From assembly GCA_963706445.1 (NCBI GenBank), contig OY970160.1, positions 736,001-800,000 on the forward strand: a stretch of 64,000 nucleotides of DNA, read 5' to 3'. Below, piece by piece: positions 49,850 to 57,751 of the stretch. Every line of letters starts with the position of its first letter. Positions within the stretch are counted from its first letter, which is position 1. The notes beneath the pieces are model-generated. The model saw nothing but the letters and a program-made list of their open reading frames with translations, did not search any database and was not told the origin of the DNA. Origin of the DNA: an uncultured Nitrososphaerales archaeon. Its GTDB lineage: Archaea > Thermoproteota > Nitrososphaeria > Nitrososphaerales > Gagatemarchaeaceae. Position numbers and translations under genes: made by a program.

Positions 49850-51376
49850 CTATCGCATATCGGGGGGCAGCTCTCCTGCCTCCAAGTCATCCTCTGTTAT
49901 TCCTCGGCACTTGGCATATGCCGCCCTATAGCCACGGAGTAGGTCACGGCTTTCTCCGAGGACGTATTCCAAAGTATCCAATCGATTCGAGTCAATCAGC
50001 GAGCTGTTCTTGTATCGTCCAGTGTTCTTATCGTAGCCCATGGCTTCGTTTGCTGCATCCCAATCCCGTTTTTGCTTGAGGTACACATCTAGGGCTTTCA
50101 GATAGGCTGCTTCCGCTTCGGCGCACGGATCCGGTGCGGCCGGATTCGGAGGCGGGGGTTCGAGGGGGGGAGCAGTCTTTGGAGCCGCCGCCGGAGGGGG
50201 GATAGGCACCGCGGGAGTAGGGGGTGCAGCTGGGGTCGGAATGCCTGGCGGCTCTTCTGGCGGTGCAGTCGCCGCTATCTCAGCCTCCAGCTTCTCCATG
50301 AACGTGTCTTCTTCCAACGGCGGTTGACCAGGAAGATACTCCGGCTCCAACCCTAGGTCATCTCCTGGGGGCTTTCCTGACAGCGGAGGTGGACCAGGAG
50401 GCTTGGGCGGGGGGTTAGCCGCTCCCTCCTTCTCGTCGTCCTCATCCCCTCCAGAGAAATACCAGTACAGGAATATTGCAGCGCCGATACCCACAAACGC
50501 AACCAAGAGCTCCCAGGCCAAGGCACCATTAGTGGTCGTGCCGCTGCTTGCTGTTGAACTACTGGAGCTCGAAGATGGGCTCGTCGTCGTATTACTGCTA
50601 GGAGAAGTGGTCGATACTACAGATGTCGTCGTGTTCGTAGCTTGACTGACCGTGATATTGGCGATGGGAGAAGTGACTGTCATAGGCAGACTGGCGTTGT
50701 CGGTCACCTGGAGCTCGAAATGCCAGATCCCTGCAGTGGAAAGATTGCCTGTTGGAACTGTCGGTGGGGGTGTAGCTGTGCAAGCGAAGGGGTTCCCCAT
50801 GACCACAAAGGCGTTGAGTTCGGGAGCCCACACAAGCCACTGGCATGCGTAGGGTGGTGTCCCTCCGCTGAACGGCGTCGTAGTGGTGAGGGTGACTGAC
50901 TGGCCGGCGTTGACCGTAGGCTGAGAGACGGAGATCACGGGAGCCACGAGGGCGGGGTTGACGATCGCCGTGGCGTTGGCCAAGGCGGTACCCAGAGAGC
51001 CCGCGTTCAACAGCGCGCAGAATGGAACAGTAGCTGGGGTTTGAGATGGCGTCAGCGGGGGGGTTGTGAAATTGTCTGACGGTCCAGACTGGAGTGGTGG
51101 TGTGGGGCACCCCGGCGTCCCGAAGCCGGAGGACCAGGTTATCGTATAGGGGAATCCTGATGGCACTCCGCTTACTTGGGCTCTGAAATGAGCGGACCAC
51201 CCGTAGTCGACCCTTTGATTGGGGACTGTGAGTGTGACACCACCCTGGGCGTGCGCTACCGGGGTGGCGACTGTGAAGACAAGGACCAGCAACGAACTGC
51301 CGAGAAGCAAACTAGAAACAAATGGCCCAAATCGGACGTCCGTTGGCCGCACGTTCACAATGCGACAGGACTGCAT
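49850..51376 (-). CDS. Single-pass membrane protein: two Ig/PKD-like domains, S/T stalk, TM, Pro-rich tail and terminal helical hairpin
   Basis: Signal ending AHA; GGTPPY..QW..ELQVTD motif; TM WELLVAFVG...; Pro-rich region. Confidence 0.7.
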   Translation of the reverse strand: MQSCRIVNVRPTDVRFGPFVSSLLLGSSLLVLVFTVATPVAHAQGGVTLTVPNQRVDYGWSAHFRAQVSGVPSGFPYTITWSSGFGTPGCPTPPLQSGPSDNFTTPPLTPSQTPATVPFCALLNAGSLGTALANATAIVNPALVAPVISVSQPTVNAGQSVTLTTTTPFSGGTPPYACQWLVWAPELNAFVVMGNPFACTATPPPTVPTGNLSTAGIWHFELQVTDNASLPMTVTSPIANITVSQATNTTTSVVSTTSPSSNTTTSPSSSSSSSTASSGTTTNGALAWELLVAFVGIGAAIFLYWYFSGGDEDDEKEGAANPPPKPPGPPPLSGKPPGDDLGLEPEYLPGQPPLEEDTFMEKLEAEIAATAPPEEPPGIPTPAAPPTPAVPIPPPAAAPKTAPPLEPPPPNPAAPDPCAEAEAAYLKALDVYLKQKRDWDAANEAMGYDKNTGRYKNSSLIDSNRLDTLEYVLGESRDLLRGYRAAYAKCRGITEDDLEAGELPPDMR

Positions 51377-51446
51377 TCGGTCGATATAGGCATCACCTAC
51401 AAGAACGACCGTGATGAGGGTTATGACGGGATCTTTGTGCGCTCGG

Positions 51447-51586
51447 TCGGGGGCGCCTACCTGAACTGACTATTCCCGGCCAGGGTGCACAACATGGCGG
51501 TCTCCTCGGCTCCGACAATGGCTTGTTTCAGCTTAAGAACAACGGACTAACCATCACGTTCAAGGAATCTGCTACCGAAACTGCAA
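51447..51586 (+). repeat. att-like repeat copy I plus ~100-bp extension shared with copy G
   Basis: GGGGGCGCCTACCTGAACTGACTATTCCCGGCCAGGGTGCACAAC...AACTGCAA. Confidence 0.85.
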
Positions 51587-51608
51587 GACGAGGCATTCGC
51601 ACTTCATC

Positions 51609-52523
51609 CTATATTCTACTTGCAATTTCATTGAAAACTGCAGCCAAATCGGTACCCGCCGTTGTAACCGCCGCGATTATGACTACTGCAATAAGTCCCG
51701 CTACGAGGCCATACTCGATTTGTGTTACTAGTGGCGAAACAGTCGCAGACGCACTGTCGAGGAGGAAGTTATCGAAGCCGTTGCCACTCGCTGCATTCCC
51801 GATGAGTATGTTGCTGGAAGTGCTGATGAGGAAGAAGCCAACCCCGTTGTTGCTGTTCGCTCTGTTCCCGATGAGCGTGTTGCTGGACGAATAACCGAGG
51901 ACAAAGCCATCAAAGCTGTTGCTGTTCGCTGTGTTCCCGATGAGCGTGTTGCTGGAAGTGCTCACGAAGAGGAAGCCAGCCACGTTGTTGTCGCTCGCTG
52001 TGTTCCCGATTAGTGTGTTGCTGGAGGAGAGCACGAGGAAGAAGCCAACCTGGCCGTTACCATTCGCTGTGTTCCTGATGAGTACGCTGCTGGGAGAGCT
52101 GACGATGATGAAGCCGCCCCCATTACCATTCGCTGTATTCCCGATGAGTGTGTTGGAAGAGCTGCCGAGGCCAAAGCCGTCATAGAATCCCGTAACATTG
52201 CAGTTCATGACCGTGACTCTTGCTATCCCGGTAATCTCACTGATCCCTATGCTGTCAGCAGCGCCGGAGCCGCCTATGGTCTGCCCAGCGCAGTTGAGGG
52301 TTATACCATTAGCGCCTATGATGAGGCCGTTCCCTGGGCAGGGACCAATGCTGGCGTTCAGTGTAGTGCTGGTCGTAATTGTGGAGCCACACATTGGCGC
52401 CGGCGCAGCGTGGACAGGGACAGGCAAGAAAGCAAGGGTTGAACCAAGAATCATCGCGAGAAGCAAAATCGCATAGCGGGCCTTCCGAGTGCCCTTACCC
52501 ATTAGGGTTGCCGTGGCCTGCAC
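51609..52523 (-). CDS. Secreted right-handed beta-helix (NosD/CASH-type repeats) ending in an Flp-pilin-like segment
   Basis: ~23-aa repeats SSSNTLIGNTANxNxxxGF; C-terminus IEYGLVAGLIAVVIIAAVTTAGTDLAAVFNEIA. Confidence 0.82.
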   Translation of the reverse strand: MQATATLMGKGTRKARYAILLLAMILGSTLAFLPVPVHAAPAPMCGSTITTSTTLNASIGPCPGNGLIIGANGITLNCAGQTIGGSGAADSIGISEITGIARVTVMNCNVTGFYDGFGLGSSSNTLIGNTANGNGGGFIIVSSPSSVLIRNTANGNGQVGFFLVLSSSNTLIGNTASDNNVAGFLFVSTSSNTLIGNTANSNSFDGFVLGYSSSNTLIGNRANSNNGVGFFLISTSSNILIGNAASGNGFDNFLLDSASATVSPLVTQIEYGLVAGLIAVVIIAAVTTAGTDLAAVFNEIASRI

Positions 52524-52593
52524 TTGCTATATAAGCGGTTGTGGAGTGTTTGTTGCGATAATTTATTTTTTCGCGGTAATTCGTGAAAAGAGA

Positions 52594-52635
52594 GGTCTTT
52601 GGCCGGGATTTGTCATCCTAGGTAGGCGCCCCCTC
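52594..52635 (-). repeat. att-like repeat copy J (opposite orientation)
   Basis: Minus strand GGGGGCGCCTACCTAGGATGACAAATCCCGGCCAAAG; retains CAAATCCCGG T-loop/T-stem. Confidence 0.8.
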
Positions 52636-52933
52636 TCGTAGGGCGGGACGGCCTGTCTGGTGTGAAGTGGTGTCTTTGTTCTGGTGGAATGTAGCACCTG
52701 CGGGCGCAGGTGCCTTGCCGACTCAATCCCGGGTGCGCCCTTATCTCCTTCAGGATGTCGTTGGACGGAACCATCTCTGACGTCCACTTTTCGACCACAT
52801 TGTGGTCGAAACTTCGAAATCCCTTCAATCCTAACACAATCCCGCTTCTATCCGATAAGTTGTCTGGCTCTATCCATAGTTTCCGACGCATAGACTGTGC
52901 TTCCGCAATAGCAAGGGTGCCTGTCGTCTAGCC

Positions 52934-54532
52934 ATGGGCGCTCCTTCCTACTCCACACTGGACTACCACGAAGAGACAAAACACTCCGAGCTCAGCGTGA
53001 GACTGTCGGCTCACTACCTTGACTGGGAGAACAAGCCCTCTCCATTCAAGACGTACAGGAACCTGCCCTCGGTCCCACTCCCCCGCGACATCCCCCGTCC
53101 GGGGCAGGGGTCTCAGGCGGCCATCAAAGGGGTCCTTTCAGCTACGGGGAAGGGGCGCGTCGACCTCCGAACTCTTGCAGAGGTACTGTTCTTCTCGGCC
53201 GGCCTGACGAGGAGGGTAGGGATCGGGAACCAAACGTATTACATGCGTGCCGCATCCGCCACGGGCGCCCTCTACCCAATCGAACTGTATGTGGTCAGCG
53301 GGGGTATCGAAGGATTGAGCGCGGGTGTCTATCATTTTGATCCTCTTGGCTTCGCCCTGGTCAAGCTGAGGGACGGCGACTACCGGTCGGAACTTGGTGC
53401 TGCCTGTGGTCGCGACTGCCTTTTCTCGCCCGTCACCATCGCACTGACGTCCTTGGCGTGGAGAAACGCATGGAAGTACCAAGCGAGGTCATACCGCCAC
53501 TGGTTCTGGGACGGGGGGGTCATCGCGGCCAACCTACTGGCGACGTGCTCTTCCGAGGGCCTGGCGACGAAGCTCTCGGTCGGTTTCGTAGACGCGGAGA
53601 TCGATAGGCTGTTGGGCCTACAAAGGGGCGAGGAGGCGAGCGTCGCTCTCGCTTCTGTCGGGATGGGACTCGCAAAGGTGCCTCAGCGAGCGACGAAAGG
53701 AGTCCTGGAGACCTCACCCGAAGCCGAGCCCACATCGAAAGGCGAGGTCGTTTACCCAGCGATATGGAGGGCGAACGAGGTCTCTTCACTGGCGGGCCTC
53801 GCCGAGGTAGAGAGTTGGAGGGAGGGCTCCAGACCTGCTCCCAGAGGCGAGGCCCACGACAGGGCCAAGTTCAGGCTGCGCCCATGGAACGAAGAGGGCC
53901 ATGGCGCCTCTCCTCTCTCGGAAGTGATCCTCCGCCGGGGATCGACCCGAAGGTTCGCCCGCAAGAGCATCTCCTTCGAGGCCCTCTCCACAATCATTGA
54001 CGCTTCGACGTCGGACATCCCCATCGATTTCCTCCCGCTCATCGACTTCTACATGATAGCGAACGATGTACAGGGCCTACCCCAGGGGTCGTACTTCTTC
54101 AACCGCGGCGCCGGTTCGCTGGAGCAGCTGAAGGCGGGCCACCTTAGGAGCATGTCCGCCTATCTCTGTCTGGAGCAACCGCTGTTCGGAGACGCGAGCG
54201 TTGTGTTCTTCCTGATGGCGGACCTCGGCCAGGTCGTCTCCTCTCTCGGCGACAGAGGCTACAGGGCGGCCCAGTTCGAAGCTGGAATAAGGGCGGGCAA
54301 GATCTACCTATCCTCCTATTCCGTTTTAATTGGGGCCTCGGGCTCGACCTTCTTCGACGACGCGGTCACAGAATTCTTCTCCCCGCACGCGAAAGGGAAG
54401 AGCGCGATGATCGCGGTGGGGGTGGGCGTCCCCGCATACAAGGCCCTACCCGGCACAATCCTGCCGCAGTTGCGAGTTGACCCGACCATTCCGCCGCACC
54501 CTGACGGCACTTCACCCCCTGGCCAGATCTAA
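52934..54532 (+). CDS. SagB/ThcOx-type tandem nitroreductase-fold oxidoreductase
   Basis: YHEETKH, RAASATGALYPIELY, WKYQARSYR, RRGSTRRF, YRAAQFEAG. Confidence 0.9.
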   Translation: MGAPSYSTLDYHEETKHSELSVRLSAHYLDWENKPSPFKTYRNLPSVPLPRDIPRPGQGSQAAIKGVLSATGKGRVDLRTLAEVLFFSAGLTRRVGIGNQTYYMRAASATGALYPIELYVVSGGIEGLSAGVYHFDPLGFALVKLRDGDYRSELGAACGRDCLFSPVTIALTSLAWRNAWKYQARSYRHWFWDGGVIAANLLATCSSEGLATKLSVGFVDAEIDRLLGLQRGEEASVALASVGMGLAKVPQRATKGVLETSPEAEPTSKGEVVYPAIWRANEVSSLAGLAEVESWREGSRPAPRGEAHDRAKFRLRPWNEEGHGASPLSEVILRRGSTRRFARKSISFEALSTIIDASTSDIPIDFLPLIDFYMIANDVQGLPQGSYFFNRGAGSLEQLKAGHLRSMSAYLCLEQPLFGDASVVFFLMADLGQVVSSLGDRGYRAAQFEAGIRAGKIYLSSYSVLIGASGSTFFDDAVTEFFSPHAKGKSAMIAVGVGVPAYKALPGTILPQLRVDPTIPPHPDGTSPPGQI

Positions 54533-55860
54533 TCGGGATCGGGCAAATCCAGGCTTGCGATGGCCATAACATTCCCCATCTGATTATGCGTAAGTGGCGT
54601 TCCCAACCACGGAGAGAGAGGAGCCTGATTGAAATTGAATGCACCAACTGTAATGTTGTTAGAAGCTCCTACTCTCGCATTTAGCGAAGGCAGGTTCCAG
54701 TTGTAGTCTATGAAGGAAAGAACAGACTCAAACGAATACGCCGTGTTGTCAATCCCAGCTCTTGCATAAGGCGAAACCAACAATGCAGACACCCTGAACC
54801 CAAGCTCTTCCAATCCGTTGGTCCCGCCCGGACTGATGTTTGGCAGAGTCGGGGGGACTATCGGGTCATAGAAACCTCCCCAGTCGTCAGTCATGATGAA
54901 GATGGCAGTGCTGCTCCAATCCGGGCCGTTCATTATTGCGTCGACTACTGACTGGACCCACTGCTCCCCAGCTTCGACGCTGTGCGGCGGGTGCTCACTG
55001 TCAAGCTCGTTCGGGATTACCCAGCTCACCGCAGGAAGGTTTCCGCTGCTTGCGTCCGTGATTATGTTCGTTCTTGGAACGAAATCAGACTTTAGTGTCG
55101 TGTACGTATCCGTCTTCTCCAGACTCGGATTCCAGTACGAGATGACGTAGCTGTCGCCACCAACTTCGATGGCCTGAGTTAGACTGTTGTATTTGATGGT
55201 ATTATCGTAGTACTTTACTGATATGCTCTTGCCTGACTGAAGGGCCTCCAGCATCGTTTCGATTTCGGACGCCTGTTCAATCAACTCGGCGGTCGAAGCA
55301 TTATTCGACAGTGTTTTCCCTACATTGGTTATGGCTATGGCAGGAGAGTTGCCCGAGATCGCGGCCCAGTGATTGGGGAGGGAGTAGCTCAGGTATGACG
55401 AGAAGAACTGGTCCATCAGAGTATAATGCTCGGCGAGCCCCCAATAGTAGCCGAGTACGTTGGCGTTGAAGTAGCTCATGACTTCTTGATTATCGTTGGC
55501 CACAAGGAACTGATTCATTGCACCGTTGTTGTACGCAGTGTCTGCCGAGGTTCCACTGTGGGAAAGGGGCCCGGTGTTGTCAGGATTATTCGTTTCATAC
55601 GGGCAGAGGGTCGTCCCGTTTTTGTACTTCTGGCAGGTCGCACTAGCAACCCCACCTTCGACCCCCGGATAGTCACCCCAGTAGTTGAAGAAGGTGTGAT
55701 TCTCCTGGATGATTATGACGACGTGGGTTATGGGCGTTTCAGTCCCAGAAGCTGACGACACCGGCAGGATAGACACGCCAGTTAAAACCATTGAGGCTAT
55801 CACGGCCAGCGCTACGACCTTCGTCAGCGTGGATATCGAAGAAAGCGTGAGGCGTCTCAT
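54529..55860 (-). CDS. Secreted phospholipase C/AcpA-type phosphoesterase
   Basis: ITHVVIIIQENHTF, SLPNH, SEHP, DDWGGFYD; start 55860 or 55902. Confidence 0.88.
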   Translation of the reverse strand: MRRLTLSSISTLTKVVALAVIASMVLTGVSILPVSSASGTETPITHVVIIIQENHTFFNYWGDYPGVEGGVASATCQKYKNGTTLCPYETNNPDNTGPLSHSGTSADTAYNNGAMNQFLVANDNQEVMSYFNANVLGYYWGLAEHYTLMDQFFSSYLSYSLPNHWAAISGNSPAIAITNVGKTLSNNASTAELIEQASEIETMLEALQSGKSISVKYYDNTIKYNSLTQAIEVGGDSYVISYWNPSLEKTDTYTTLKSDFVPRTNIITDASSGNLPAVSWVIPNELDSEHPPHSVEAGEQWVQSVVDAIMNGPDWSSTAIFIMTDDWGGFYDPIVPPTLPNISPGGTNGLEELGFRVSALLVSPYARAGIDNTAYSFESVLSFIDYNWNLPSLNARVGASNNITVGAFNFNQAPLSPWLGTPLTHNQMGNVMAIASLDLPDPD

Positions 55861-55932
55861 CTGATCACTCGGGCCTCCGGAGTCCCTTGAGCATCCAGAC
55901 ATATAACGTCATTACGTGCCATTTAGCGGTTA

Positions 55933-56308
55933 TTGAACATCTCCACGCGGGGGACGTAATTGAAGCACAGGGGAAGTGGTCGCCGCAGACCCACGGCTGG
56001 CACGACCAGATAATTGACGAAACCACAGACTTAGAGTGACAGGGTACGCAAAGTCTCCTTCAACATTCACTCCGCCGCTCAATTCAGGCAGTTTTATCGT
56101 GAGCAATACCGGCGTTTTGCCCCTCGCTGACTTCGCCCCGGTAAACTTTGGCAATACGTATACCAACGTAAAGGAGACGTGCATCGTGACAGCGGTTCTG
56201 GCCAACGGCACGACGGAACCCGTGATCTCTCTGGGAGCACTATCGGCTGAGCCTGGTTTCACTCTCGAAGAGAACAAGTCTGCACGACAGGCCATGGGTT
56301 TCGATTGA
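55933..56308 (+). pseudogene. Possible remnant of a G1 (glutamic) peptidase-like gene
   Basis: HAGDVIEA...IIDETT, frameshift near 56030, then SGSFIV...LPLADFAPVNFG; no N-terminus. Confidence 0.4.
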
Positions 56309-56380
56309 TGCATAACTCGCTGCGCCCTTCGAAGGCAGTCAGGTTTGCAGGCCCCGTGTCTGTAGCAGACAAAGTGCTCA

Positions 56381-56896
56381 TCATCTGATCCCCGTGTCGA
56401 TGTTGAAGTTGACGGTGTATGTGCCGGCGACGAAGGTCTCGTGCGCCGGAAAGACGTTGGAGCAGCCCATCCAGTTGCAATCGGGCATTGCGATGGTGAA
56501 GTTTCCAGAAGGCAATGATATACTGTAGGTACCGTTGGAACCAAGGATGGAAGTGTAGGCAATTACGTACTGCGGGCAGGCTCCATTCGGCATACAGTTC
56601 GGATATTTGTCGAATTCCAGCTGGTAGCCAGTGATGTTCACGTTGCATGATTGCCCTGCAGTGCACACGGGAGTCGCCGGCCCCACTGTTACAGTCCCTT
56701 GGACGAGCACGCCGCACTCAGTCTGACAAGTCTGGATGCCGGTGGATTGGGTCGTCGTTGAGGTAGTCAGGGTGCCTGAACCGGATGGGCTAGTCCCCCT
56801 CCGCGAAAGTGAGACGTAGCCTACCGCTCCCACAAGGATGACCACCACGATGGCGAAGGCCGCGGCCGCCGTCATGATTGCTCTTTTTCGGGACAT
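56381..56896 (-). CDS. Membrane-anchored Cys-rich protein with a prealbumin/carboxypeptidase-regulatory-like beta domain
   Basis: N-terminal TM; GTVTVGP..PVC; GTYSISLPSGNFTI. Confidence 0.65.
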   Translation of the reverse strand: MSRKRAIMTAAAAFAIVVVILVGAVGYVSLSRRGTSPSGSGTLTTSTTTQSTGIQTCQTECGVLVQGTVTVGPATPVCTAGQSCNVNITGYQLEFDKYPNCMPNGACPQYVIAYTSILGSNGTYSISLPSGNFTIAMPDCNWMGCSNVFPAHETFVAGTYTVNFNIDTGIR

Positions 56897-57093
56897 TTTC
56901 TACGCCCTTACGGGTGGCCGAAGGCCTATAGTTCTATCTCCTAGAACACGAACCATATGTCCTTGCCAAGCGTCTGGCCCTGGTCGGGTCAGAATCATCT
57001 CGAGTCCCCCTTTCGGGGCTCGACTGCGTCCAGGTAGGGTTTGCCTAGCTTATATAGTGAAAAAGCGCTCTTCCCTTTCAGAGCCACTAGGCA

Positions 57094-57363
57094 ATGGACA
57101 CAATTCAGCGACACCGTCCGCAGCGGCTCGCGCCCAAGCCTAAGCAAGGAGTGAAGACAAGGGCAGCAGGAAACAGGCTCGGTGAAGCGGAGGTTGCGAA
57201 GGTCTGCTTCCATCCGGCCATCGTGGATCTGGTGTGTTCTACATGTGGCACCGAGTTCAACGATGTGGCGCTCTCAGAAGCCCTCAAAGGCTGGGAAACC
57301 AGAATCCCATGCTTACAGCCGGACCATCAGGTCCAGGCGCTCGACCAAAACAGGAATCGCTAG
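57094..57363 (+). CDS. Small putative Zn-ribbon protein
   Basis: CFHP-x6-CSTCG; TTATATAG box upstream; duplicated at 38138. Confidence 0.6.
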   Translation: MDTIQRHRPQRLAPKPKQGVKTRAAGNRLGEAEVAKVCFHPAIVDLVCSTCGTEFNDVALSEALKGWETRIPCLQPDHQVQALDQNRNR

Positions 57364-57751
57364 GTCGTTCTCCTGCGTGGGCGATGAAGAGCCAGAGACT
57401 CGCGTGGATGCAGAGGAGGCACTTGAAGGTCTTGTGGAAAGGCCGTTCAAATCTGTTATTTGATAAATCAAGGCGTTTTATGTGATGACATGCCATCAGA
57501 CGAACTGTGTGAGACATGCGGCAAAGGACTGCACAGGAGCTGCAACAGCCTACCCCACTTTTCGCACCTCAGCCTGTTGCACCCCACCGAATGAGCGCGA
57601 CCGAGACTTACTCCTGTTGCGACAGGAAGGAAGTCTGGACGCAAATCGCTCCGGGCTGGTTGGACTCGGTCATGTCAGATGCGGCGTGAAAAAGTTCGTC
57701 CAGTCATATCCAGATTCGTGGAAGGTGACAGCTGCCAACCGCAGAAGCAGC

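Noticed and set aside
51450-51469. att left arm as the 3' end of a conserved gene (reads GAYLN*)
   Set aside because: Upstream sequences of the copies are unrelated and the frame and stop are not conserved in all copies; unsupported, though not excluded.
51523-51894. 123-aa plus-strand ORF
   Set aside because: Composite of the repeat extension and the antisense of the beta-helix gene.
51609-52523. nosD of a nitrous oxide reductase cluster, or a Tad pilus locus
   Set aside because: Only generic beta-helix repeats; no nos or tad genes in the window.
11790-52635. Repeats as a CRISPR array or canonical integron attC sites
   Set aside because: Spacing is kilobases and irregular and there are no cas genes. 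The RYYYAAC...GTTRRRY order of attC is absent, and the right half is better explained as a tRNA 3' end.
52934-54532. RiPP/TOMM biosynthetic cluster
   Set aside because: No YcaO, precursor peptide or transporter nearby; stand-alone SagB-like genes are common.
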